A stretch of 64,000 nucleotides of DNA from an uncultured Acidimicrobiales bacterium (GTDB lineage Bacteria > Actinomycetota > Acidimicrobiia > Acidimicrobiales > SHLQ01). The DNA lies in NCBI GenBank assembly GCA_964517125.1, contig CAZFBD010000006.1, positions 27,429 to 91,428 of the forward strand, read 5' to 3'. Below are positions 51,029 through 58,473 of this stretch, piece by piece. The notes under the pieces are model-generated. The model was not told the DNA's origin, searched no databases, and saw only the letters and a list, made by a program, of their open reading frames with translations. Both the position numbers and the translations under genes were made by a program. Each line of letters opens with the position of its first letter. Positions within the stretch are counted from its first letter, which is position 1.

Positions 51029-51267
51029 TGGAAGGCGAAGGATCTCTAGAGGAGTTCCTCGCTTCCGTTATCGAGACGGGAGAAGGTCGCCTCGATCAAC
51101 TCACCTACGCGGGCAAAGAGGGGAGCGCTGCCTACTCAATGGTTCACGGTCGAGTCGTCTTCGCTCAGAACCTCCTAGACATCTTGGCGTCGGGAGTCGA
51201 TTGGGCGGTCGCCGAACGGTTGATGCGAAGGGCGGCCGAGACTAACGCCGTCGTCAAACCTCGATAG
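51028..51267 (+). CDS. hypothetical protein
   Basis: Track ORF, TGATG overlap. Confidence 0.55.
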   Translation: MEGEGSLEEFLASVIETGEGRLDQLTYAGKEGSAAYSMVHGRVVFAQNLLDILASGVDWAVAERLMRRAAETNAVVKPR

Positions 51268-51293
51268 TCAGCTCACCGAAAGGAGCACCGCTT

Positions 51294-51650
51294 ATGAATG
51301 CGGCAAACAAGCTAAAGACGAAGTGTCCGCGAGGCCACTTCTACACCCCGAGCAACACGAGACTAAACAAGGTCGGCTCCCGGCTTTGCATCGCTTGCGA
51401 AAGAGAGGTCAATGATTCGAAGTTCACCGAGCGGCAACGGCAGCTCCTATACGCTCTCGCCGGAGGGAAGTACTATTCCCGTCACGAGCGAGTAGAGCAG
51501 AAGCTCCGTCGGCTCGGATATATCGTCGGCGAGTACTCCGATCCTGAACTCAAGATCACGAAGAAGGGTCGAGACCTAGTAGCGAAGTGGCGAGCCGAAG
51601 TGGCCGGAAGAACCGAAGAGATCCAAGCGGCTGAGGAGCAAGCGGCCTAG
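51294..51650 (+). CDS. zinc-ribbon plus winged-helix-like DNA-binding protein
   Basis: Track ORF. AAAGGAG ribosome site. Zinc-ribbon KCPRGHFYTPSNTRLNKVGSRLCIAC. Confidence 0.55.
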   Translation: MNAANKLKTKCPRGHFYTPSNTRLNKVGSRLCIACEREVNDSKFTERQRQLLYALAGGKYYSRHERVEQKLRRLGYIVGEYSDPELKITKKGRDLVAKWRAEVAGRTEEIQAAEEQAA

Positions 51651-51660
51651 AGGTATAACT

Positions 51661-51699
51661 CTCTAGGGGTTGACGTATTGACCCCTAGAGAGCTAGGCT
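51661..51699 (+). promoter_or_regulatory. palindromic promoter variant (TTGACGTATTGAC)
   Basis: CTCTAGGGGT-TGACGTATTG-ACCCCTAGAG has 10-bp perfect inverted arms. TTGACG(51670-51675)-18 nt-TAGGCT. About 25-nt leader, GAAAGG site, ATG 51730. Confidence 0.6.
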
Positions 51700-51729
51700 T
51701 ACGCCAACTCCCACCGAAAGGTCTCATCC

Positions 51730-52248
51730 ATGAATCACGTCACTATCCGATCCTCTGTCTTGGTAGAAGGAGTAGCGAGGAAGGCCCCGGTAACCGTCAA
51801 GATCGGAGATCGTCGCCCGAGCTTCACCCTTGGCGGAAACCCGACCCGAGAGTCCAGAGACCGGATCCGGGCTGCGATGCTCGCCTCCGGTTTCAACTGG
51901 CCCGGTAGGAATATCGAGGTCTCCGTCGACATCTCTCGACCGAGCTTCGATACCTTCGATTGCCTCGATCTCCCGATAGCGCTCGGGGTCCTCATGGCTT
52001 CGGGAGCCATCGACGTGTCCAGTGAGGTCGAGTTCGCCGCCTTCGGTTCTCTCGGTCTTGACGGCTCGCTCCGCTCTCCTCGCTTTGAGGTCTCGCTGGC
52101 GGCGGCCTTAACGACCTTCGACAACCTCGAAGTCGTCGTAGCTCCTAACGCCCGGCTCCACGTCATCGAGACGGTTCTCGACGACCGAGCCGCCGTGCTT
52201 GGGGTTCCTTCTCTCCTCGCCGCCGTGAGCGAGCTTGAGGCTCGATGA
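51730..52248 (+). CDS. ComM/YifB N-terminal (Lon-protease-like, ChlI-type) domain protein
   Basis: Track ORF. Segments SFTLGGNP.RESRDRIRAAMLASGFNWPGRNIEVSVD, then FDCLDLPIALGVLMASG, then FGSLGLDGSLR follow the pattern I recall for the N-terminal domain of ComM/YifB Mg-chelatase-like ATPases. No AAA+ module follows. Confidence 0.55.
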   Translation: MNHVTIRSSVLVEGVARKAPVTVKIGDRRPSFTLGGNPTRESRDRIRAAMLASGFNWPGRNIEVSVDISRPSFDTFDCLDLPIALGVLMASGAIDVSSEVEFAAFGSLGLDGSLRSPRFEVSLAAALTTFDNLEVVVAPNARLHVIETVLDDRAAVLGVPSLLAAVSELEAR

Positions 52249-52505
52249 GCGACCTCTGGGAAGCGCTTAAGACGCCGAGCTTCATGCTGGCGATTTACGT
52301 ACTCGGTCGAGTCTCCGTAGCGGAGTGGACCTACGTCTTCGGCTTCTTCGTCGTGGTTGTCCTCTTGGGCTTCGTCGAGAATCGCTCTCGACGGATCCGA
52401 GCGGAGAAGTACCGAGCGGAGATGCGGAAGGAGATGGAGACGAAGGAGCGGGAATACCAAAGACAGATAGCAAAGATCTACGCCGAAGAGGAGAACGACC
52501 TGTGA
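52245..52505 (+). CDS. small membrane protein
   Basis: Track ORF, ATGA overlap. Two hydrophobic segments. Confidence 0.6.
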   Translation: MSDLWEALKTPSFMLAIYVLGRVSVAEWTYVFGFFVVVVLLGFVENRSRRIRAEKYRAEMRKEMETKEREYQRQIAKIYAEEENDL

Positions 52506-53134
52506 CTAGCACCCAACACCTACATCGAGCAACCGACGGAGAGGGTCCGAAGCTCGCCGCCGAGCGAGCTATGGCTCATCTCACCCCGGCGAGAGAACTC
52601 GCCTTAGCCGTCCTCGCTACTTGGCCCGGATTCACCGAGCGAGAGATCGTCGAGAAGTACCGCTTCTCCCTGGCGTCGCGCTGGATGGAGGACTTCTTCC
52701 AACGGAAGGGCTACCGAGCTACGGCCGGGGACTTCAACGCAGCGATCCGAGACCGGGAGGCATACGATCCGGCGAGCCTTGAAGGTCTCCGTCGTCGCTT
52801 CTCGGATCTCGTCGGTATGAACTGGGCTACCGCCCAGAAAGGCGAAGACGGTAGTCGGATCCTCAAGGTCTCCTTCGAAGCCTGGAGGGTTCGCGAGGTT
52901 GGCCAAGGTCCGTGGATAACTCTCGTAGCTCCGTCGGGAGTCTGCGACGGCGAGTGGTTCCGGATCAACAAAGGCCAGCTAAGCGAGGAAGTAGCGCGGA
53001 CCATCTTGCCCGGAACTCCGCTCTTCGGTCCGTCGATGGAGCCTCTACGAATCAAGACCAGCAATCGAACGAACCTCGCGGACTGGAGCCAGCTCTCCCG
53101 ACTTCCGCACCCCTACCCGAAACGAGTTGTATGA
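52502..53134 (+). CDS. hypothetical protein
   Basis: Track ORF 52325..53134 trimmed to GTG 52502 (GTGA overlap). An ATG at MAHLTP is an alternative start. Confidence 0.5.
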   Translation: MTSTQHLHRATDGEGPKLAAERAMAHLTPARELALAVLATWPGFTEREIVEKYRFSLASRWMEDFFQRKGYRATAGDFNAAIRDREAYDPASLEGLRRRFSDLVGMNWATAQKGEDGSRILKVSFEAWRVREVGQGPWITLVAPSGVCDGEWFRINKGQLSEEVARTILPGTPLFGPSMEPLRIKTSNRTNLADWSQLSRLPHPYPKRVV

Positions 53135-53433
53135 CCCTCACGAAGCGCCAGAAGCAGATGACGGAGAAGGTCGGCGAAGCGATAGCGTTCCTAACCTTCA
53201 CGGGCGGTCGGTGGCCTATGACACTCGTAATACTCCGGGCTCTTTGGAAGAGGAATTGGCTCGCTCTCGTGACGGCGATCCTCTACAAGTCCTACTCGGC
53301 GGCGAGCTTGGCTCTCCTTCGGGACCAGATGAAGAAGCTCGATACGGAGAGGGCCGCAGCGGTCGCTAAGAGCATGAGCGCCGAGTCCTTCTTCCATCCC
53401 GCCTGGAATCCCGACCCGAGAGGTCAGGAATAG
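53131..53433 (+). CDS. hypothetical (possibly membrane) protein
   Basis: Track ORF 52912..53433 trimmed to ATG 53131 (ATGA overlap). Confidence 0.55.
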   Translation: MTLTKRQKQMTEKVGEAIAFLTFTGGRWPMTLVILRALWKRNWLALVTAILYKSYSAASLALLRDQMKKLDTERAAAVAKSMSAESFFHPAWNPDPRGQE

Positions 53434-53436
53434 CCG

Positions 53437-53736
53437 ATGGCAGGCAGAGCCGCCCGAGCCAGCGGGACGACGATGGCCAAGCTCCAAGCCGGTATTGACG
53501 CTTGGCTCGACGAAGACGATCAACTCCTCGCTGATGCCAGGGCCGCCACTAATAACGAGACGCCCTCGATTACCGGGTACGTAACCAGGGCCGGACTCGC
53601 CGATGAGGCGACGGAGATGGGAGCGCTAATCAAGGAAGCCGAACGGGCTCTCGATAAAGCAACCCGAGCCCTCAAGACGATTCGAGCCAAGGCGTGGATC
53701 CATAGCGAAGAGGGGGAGGCGCGTAGTGAGGATTAA
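53437..53736 (+). CDS. hypothetical protein
   Basis: Track ORF. Confidence 0.55.
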   Translation: MAGRAARASGTTMAKLQAGIDAWLDEDDQLLADARAATNNETPSITGYVTRAGLADEATEMGALIKEAERALDKATRALKTIRAKAWIHSEEGEARSED

Positions 53737-54421
53737 GGGTCACACCGACTACAAGACAAACGGGCCTCTGATTCACGACGTCTTCAAGCTCTACCGAGAG
53801 CTAGCTCCGATAGATAAGAAGAAGAGCAAGGCCGATCCGAGGAAGTACGCCGAAGGAGATCTAGTCATCGACTGGACCTACGGGCTCGGCGATTTCTGGA
53901 CCGTCTACCGGCCGAAGAATCTGGTCACCAACGACCTCTACGAAGAGAAGACTTCGCCGGATTTCCGGATCAGCTACACCGAGCCGATTACGGATCACAC
54001 GCTAGAGCGACTCGGAGGGCGGCCTCGATGGTCCGTCTACGACCCTCCTTACCAGCTCACCGGTACCGCCACCTACGACCGGTACGGAGTGCGACGAAAG
54101 CTCTCGGTCAACGACCGCATCGACATGATCCGCATGGGAGCTTTCAATATCGCTTCGGTTACCGACTCGATCCTGTGTATCAAGCTCCAAGATCAGACGG
54201 CGAGCAACCAGCCCTACCGGCTCCACAACCTCGCCGAAGAGGTCCTTCCGGAGGGTTGGGTATTCGACTCCGAATGGTCGATGCCTTCGAACCGAGTCCA
54301 GCCCGAGCTAGGCAAATCGCAACGACGACCGAACAACAACCGCTCGGTCCTCCGTGTTTACCATCGTCGAGGTCGCGCTTGGAAGCGTGACTTCTGGAAA
54401 CCGGATGAACCGAAATCTTGA
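53726..54421 (+). CDS. DNA amino-methyltransferase (N6-adenine or N4-cytosine, DPPY type)
   Basis: Track ORF, GTG start with GGGGGAGG upstream. SAM-binding-like VIDWTYGLGDFW, followed by the catalytic motif VYDPPYQL. Confidence 0.65.
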   Translation: MRIKGHTDYKTNGPLIHDVFKLYRELAPIDKKKSKADPRKYAEGDLVIDWTYGLGDFWTVYRPKNLVTNDLYEEKTSPDFRISYTEPITDHTLERLGGRPRWSVYDPPYQLTGTATYDRYGVRRKLSVNDRIDMIRMGAFNIASVTDSILCIKLQDQTASNQPYRLHNLAEEVLPEGWVFDSEWSMPSNRVQPELGKSQRRPNNNRSVLRVYHRRGRAWKRDFWKPDEPKS

Positions 54422-54447
54422 CCGTTACCCCTATTTAACTATAGGCT
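54418..54447 (+). promoter_or_regulatory. promoter with inverted ATAGGGG element in the spacer
   Basis: TTGACC(54418-54423)-gttaCCCCTATTTAact-TAGGCT. About 55-nt leader to ATG 54503. Confidence 0.45.
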
Positions 54448-54502
54448 ACGGTTACTAACCCCTGGGACGCTCCCCCGGCCAATCAGGATGAAAGGACTAA
54501 CC

Positions 54503-54790
54503 ATGAGTAAGCGACCAGAGGATCGACTTCCCCCCGGCCGACCGGTGAAGCTTCCGACCGAAGACCAGAAGAAGCTACTTGGGAAGCTCAGCAAGGCTCA
54601 CGAGAAGATGCTCAAGAGGAACGAAGAGTACGAGAAGGCAATCGCCGAGCGAGCCGCCATCGTCCTCGAATGCGATGCCGCCGACGTCGGCCCGTCCGCT
54701 ATGGGCCGAGCGCTCGGGCTCACGACCGCTCGAATGGGTGCGCTCCTTAGCTCAGCCAAGAACAAGGCCAAAGAGGATGCGGCCTCCTAG
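54503..54790 (+). CDS. HTH DNA-binding protein
   Basis: Track ORF 54488..54790. ATG 54503 is preferred (AAAGGA 6 nt upstream). HTH-like PSAMGRALGLTTARMGALL. Confidence 0.55.
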   Translation: MSKRPEDRLPPGRPVKLPTEDQKKLLGKLSKAHEKMLKRNEEYEKAIAERAAIVLECDAADVGPSAMGRALGLTTARMGALLSSAKNKAKEDAAS

Positions 54791-55031
54791 CGAGCCTTTC
54801 TACGTCGAGTTCGTAGACCCCGATGATGACCAGATCGTCGTTATCGGGGTCTTACGTTCTCTAGGTCAGGAGGAAGGGAAGGGTAAAGCTCTTGTCTCCT
54901 CCCTGGACCCGGACGGCGAGACGATCATCGTCCCGGCTCGGCTCCTATCTTCGGCCGCCGTCGGCGTGCTGGTCGACCCTTCCCCCGAGTCACTTATGCG
55001 GATCCCCCGCCAACGAAAGAAGAAGAATTGA
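54777..55031 (+). CDS. hypothetical protein
   Basis: Track ORF 54579..55031 trimmed to ATG 54777 (AAAGAGG upstream). Confidence 0.5.
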   Translation: MRPPSEPFYVEFVDPDDDQIVVIGVLRSLGQEEGKGKALVSSLDPDGETIIVPARLLSSAAVGVLVDPSPESLMRIPRQRKKKN

Positions 55032-55372
55032 GTACGTGTAGTTTCTGGAGCGACGCATTGACTAGCGAGGTCTTCTTTGGAATCCTCGACCTCCCTCCGT
55101 TCCGGCTCTCTCCGGTCGAGGCGAGCTTGGTTCTTTGGCGTGTGCTCGACCGAGAGTCCTTCTCCCTCACGGCGGAGTTCGACTCCGAAGACGAGTCGCT
55201 TGTTTCGAGGGTCGGCTTCTACTACTCCGCAAAGCGAGAAGAGGTAAGCGTCGTCGCCACTACCAAGCCGACGGAGATTCAGCCTCTCCGGATCATCTAC
55301 CGCGAGAGGGTCTCCTTCCTAGGCGAAGAGGTTGCCTCCCTTCAAGAGGCGCTCAGCTACGTAACTGAGTAG
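55028..55372 (+). CDS. hypothetical protein
   Basis: Track ORF. TTG start in a TTGA overlap. Confidence 0.5.
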   Translation: MSTCSFWSDALTSEVFFGILDLPPFRLSPVEASLVLWRVLDRESFSLTAEFDSEDESLVSRVGFYYSAKREEVSVVATTKPTEIQPLRIIYRERVSFLGEEVASLQEALSYVTE

Positions 55373-55393
55373 ATCTGGTAGGCTCCTAATCGG

Positions 55394-55407
55394 CTGGCGA
55401 CCGATTG
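55394..55407 (+). promoter_or_regulatory. CTGGCGACCGATTG motif, copy 3 of 3
   Basis: taatCGGCTGGCGACCGATTG, also able to fold as AATCGG-CTGGCGA-CCGATT, 14 nt before ATG 55422. Confidence 0.3.
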
Positions 55408-55421
55408 AAACTGGAGAGGCT

Positions 55422-56648
55422 ATGCCAGCGACGGCGGACCTTACGGCGGCTCTATCCGAAGCCGCCAACCTTTCGGATCTACTCGGGATAATCAAGGACG
55501 ACGAGTCCGCCCTAGCTAGGGCGGTAGCCGCACTACGGGACGAGTTCGAGACCGAGCCCGACCTGGACTCTCCGTTCCCGGTCCCGGTCAATCATCCTTC
55601 ATGGTGGTATGACCCGGCTCCTGGGATGATCCCTCCGGGCAAGAAGGCGACCTTTACCGCCGAAGGTCGCGTATACGGCCGCTTCTTCGAATGGGGCGAG
55701 TGCATCGCCTCCGACCCAGATGAGTGCTGGATCGTTCCTCCCGACCCAACCGAGTACCTCAACTTCCATCAGACCGACGTAGGCGTGGTCGATGAGAACG
55801 GAGACCTTTCCACGGTCAAGGCCGGAGGGTTAGTACCGGGCCATAGCGACCCTTGGGCTTCGCTCGAATCCTCGATCGAGCACTACAACGACCCGACGAA
55901 GATGGTCGTTACGGCGAGGGCCTACGAGGACGAGAACGGCGGCTATATCGTCGGCGGCCTCATCCCCGGAATTACTTGGCGACAAGCGCTCTTGGTCCGG
56001 GCGGCTCCGCTCTCGGGTCACTGGGAAGAGGTTCTGAACGCCGAGACTCCCGACGGCAAGCGGCTTAGTAAAGCTTGGGTATGTCTCGGGCCTAGCATGG
56101 TCGTTCGGCCAGGGCTTCCGCTCCACGATCCCGATAGGGCGCTAGCGAGGCTTGCGATGGTTCGCAGGGTCGACGGTATGAAACGAGTAGCAACGATGAC
56201 CGAAGCAGCGCCGACCGAGACCGAGACCCCTATCGCCGAGACCGAGGCTCCGGCCACCGAGCCCAAGGTCGAAGCGCCAACCACCGAAGCGGAACTAAAC
56301 ATCGAGCCCGAGACCGAGACCGAGCAGGCTCCCGAGACCGAGCAGGCTCCCGAGCCCGAAGTCAAGGCCGAACCGGAGGAGACTCCGCCCGAAGAGGAGA
56401 AGGAAGAGGAGCCCGAAGAGGAAGCTCCTCACACGGCCGCCGAGATCACGGCGGAGGTTATGGCTCGGATGACCTTCTTGGAGTCGGAGGTTAAGCGACT
56501 CACGACCGAGCTATCGCAATTCTCCGCCTTGGCCGAGCAAGTCGAAGACCTCAAGATCCGGTATTGGGCCGATCGAGAGGTAGAAGCGCCAAGCCTCTAC
56601 GTACTCGAAGAGGATAGGTCGGAGGAGTCCGGGCCGGATGAGGGTTGA
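55422..56648 (+). CDS. putative head maturation / scaffolding-type protein
   Basis: Track ORF. GGAGAGG ribosome site. Globular N-terminal 250 aa, then an acidic Glu/Pro/Thr repeat region (ETETP..EPETETEQAPETEQAPEPE..) and a C-terminal coiled coil. The function is guessed from this architecture. Confidence 0.6.
   Translation: MPATADLTAALSEAANLSDLLGIIKDDESALARAVAALRDEFETEPDLDSPFPVPVNHPSWWYDPAPGMIPPGKKATFTAEGRVYGRFFEWGECIASDPDECWIVPPDPTEYLNFHQTDVGVVDENGDLSTVKAGGLVPGHSDPWASLESSIEHYNDPTKMVVTARAYEDENGGYIVGGLIPGITWRQALLVRAAPLSGHWEEVLNAETPDGKRLSKAWVCLGPSMVVRPGLPLHDPDRALARLAMVRRVDGMKRVATMTEAAPTETETPIAETEAPATEPKVEAPTTEAELNIEPETETEQAPETEQAPEPEVKAEPEETPPEEEKEEEPEEEAPHTAAEITAEVMARMTFLESEVKRLTTELSQFSALAEQVEDLKIRYWADREVEAPSLYVLEEDRSEESGPDEG
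56316..56351 (+). repeat. 18-bp perfect tandem duplication inside a CDS
   Basis: GAGACCGAGCAGGCTCCC x2 (ETEQAP x2). Confidence 0.9.
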
Positions 56649-57021
56649 TCTAGCCACGATCGACGACCTTCGCGAGCTTAAGGATCTGATCGACAGACTC
56701 ACCGGAGGAGACGACGACTTGCGCCAACTACTAGAGACGATCGCCGATCGCCAAGAGATCCCGCGTTGCGTCGTGTGCTTTAGGCACGGATCCTTTGTCT
56801 TGCCCGGAATGCTCAACTACGAGCCGACGTGCGATTGCGGAGCGGAGCTAGCTACTTGGCGGGAATGGAACGCCAAGAGCGATGCGGCGAGAACGGCGAC
56901 TCAGGCCGAGCGTCTAGGGTCGACGACTCAGCTCCTACCGGAACTCATCCAGCCGATTCCGAGAAGGCCGGACGCTCCGGAGTTCCGGGCTAACCCCGTA
57001 GAGCGAGGCGAAGATGGTTAA
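56638..57021 (+). CDS. hypothetical protein with Cys pairs
   Basis: Track ORF, 11-nt overlap. Cysteine pairs CVVC...CDC. Confidence 0.55.
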   Translation: MRVDLATIDDLRELKDLIDRLTGGDDDLRQLLETIADRQEIPRCVVCFRHGSFVLPGMLNYEPTCDCGAELATWREWNAKSDAARTATQAERLGSTTQLLPELIQPIPRRPDAPEFRANPVERGEDG

Positions 57022-57748
57022 CCCGAGACGCCCGCAATGGAGCGCCAGGCGTAAGCCGAGCCAGCCGACCGGATCGGTAGTACTCCATAGCTCAGAGTCG
57101 GCTCCTCGCTGGCTTATCGACGACTTGTGGAACTTCATCCTCAACCGTCCCGATCCGGGCTCCTATCACCACGTCGTGGACCGAACCGGCGAGCACCGCC
57201 AACTCATCCCCTACGGCGAAGAGGCGTACCACGTAGGGGCGAGAAAGGGCGACATACGAGGCAACGGCCTAAGCGTCGGCCTCGCCTTCGTTATGAGCGC
57301 TTCGGAGTGGAAGAGGATGGACGCCCGGAGTAAGGACCTCTTCCTCGACGGAGCGGCCGGAGCGGTTGCCGACATCCGGTCATGGTTTGATGAGACTTAT
57401 GGGATCGAGATCCCCTCGCGTCGCCTTACGGTCGAGGAGTTCTGGAACGGCGAGCCGGGCTTCATCCCCCACGGCGACCTCCAGTCCGACCGGGAAGATC
57501 CCGGCGAGTTCTTCCCGTGGGATGAGTTCATAACCCGAATAGAAGGAGGCTCCCCCGTGAGCCCGGACTTAGACTCCATGACCCTCGAAGAGCTAACGAT
57601 CTTGATCCAGAAGACGGCGAACCGTCTTGGAGCGGACATAGCGGTAGACGGCGACTACGGGCCAGCGACGGCGAGAGCTACCGCTACTCTCCTCGAAGGG
57701 AGCGAGTCGGTCGTCTCCGGTCTTGCAAGGCTCGGTCTCGCTCGGTAG
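57014..57748 (+). CDS. endolysin: N-acetylmuramoyl-L-alanine amidase (PGRP/amidase_2-like) with C-terminal peptidoglycan-binding repeat
   Basis: Track ORF. N-terminal VVLHSSES....SYHHVVDRTGE..AYHVG pattern. C-terminal LGADIAVDGDYGPATARATATLL resembles PG_binding_1. Confidence 0.7.
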   Translation: MVNPRRPQWSARRKPSQPTGSVVLHSSESAPRWLIDDLWNFILNRPDPGSYHHVVDRTGEHRQLIPYGEEAYHVGARKGDIRGNGLSVGLAFVMSASEWKRMDARSKDLFLDGAAGAVADIRSWFDETYGIEIPSRRLTVEEFWNGEPGFIPHGDLQSDREDPGEFFPWDEFITRIEGGSPVSPDLDSMTLEELTILIQKTANRLGADIAVDGDYGPATARATATLLEGSESVVSGLARLGLAR

Positions 57749-57764
57749 TCTCTACATCGGTGCG

Positions 57765-57793
57765 GCGCTCCAAGAGGAGCGTTTCATCCTTTC
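57765..57793 (+). terminator. intrinsic terminator
   Basis: GCGCTCC-AAGA-GGAGCGT followed by TTTCATCCTTTC, 17 nt after the endolysin stop. Confidence 0.55.
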
Positions 57794-57891
57794 GGGCGGT
57801 TCCCGCTCGGGCTAAGTTGCTCCTAGCGGATCCTACCTAACCCGAGTGGGGCCGTTTGCGCGCTAGCAGTCCTTCCCTTTAGGGTCAACCC

Positions 57892-58275
57892 GTGTTACCG
57901 TGTTTCCACATGAACTGGCTAACGGTTTGGGAATACGACTCCTCGGAGAATACGACTTCAGCCCACTTGGTCCCGGTCGACGACTCCGACCCGGACGACA
58001 TCGGCTACCTGATCTCTCTCATTGAGAGCGACTCAAGCGGTCGATGGGGCTACTCGATGTTCGAAGACGTTCCGGAAGGAGCGGCCGAGTTCGCCCTCTC
58101 GGTATTCCCGGCCGACCTCCCCGGTAGCTCTTCGGCTCGAATCGTCCCGGCGCTGAATCTCGGAGAGAACCGATCGGACACGGTAAGTGGAGTCCTCAAC
58201 GGCTCTTCTGCCGAGCCCGAGCCCGAGCCCGAAGAGGCTCTTCTCGCTGAGGATGTGGAGAGCGTCCCGGTCTAA
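57892..58275 (+). CDS. hypothetical acidic protein
   Basis: Track ORF, GTG start. ATG 57910 (MNWLTVWEYD) is an alternative. Confidence 0.5.
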   Translation: MLPCFHMNWLTVWEYDSSENTTSAHLVPVDDSDPDDIGYLISLIESDSSGRWGYSMFEDVPEGAAEFALSVFPADLPGSSSARIVPALNLGENRSDTVSGVLNGSSAEPEPEPEEALLAEDVESVPV

Positions 58276-58297
58276 ATCGATTCAGGGTTACTGGATC

Positions 58298-58343
58298 AGA
58301 GCGCCTAGTTGCTTCTTTCGGCGGAAGAGGCTCTAGGCGCTCT
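58298..58343 (+). terminator. hairpin terminator (11-bp stem with inner hairpin)
   Basis: AGAGCGCCTAG ... CTAGGCGCTCT followed by TTCGCG. Confidence 0.5.
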
Positions 58344-58392
58344 TTCGCGTCCGGATCCGACCCCGAAACGTCTCCCGTTAAATAATTGGGTA

Positions 58393-58421
58393 TTGACATA
58401 TCTAGGGGTTGCGATTATACT
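58393..58421 (+). promoter_or_regulatory. near-consensus sigma70/SigA-type promoter
   Basis: TTGACA-17 nt (contains tAGGGGTTGCG)-TATACT. About 45-nt leader with a TTAGG..ACGTCG/CGACGT..CCTAA hairpin, GAGAGGA site, TTG 58474. Confidence 0.6.
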
Positions 58422-58473
58422 TGTTAGGCGGTACGTCGTATAAGAAGCGACGTCCTAACGAGAGGAACCCAAC

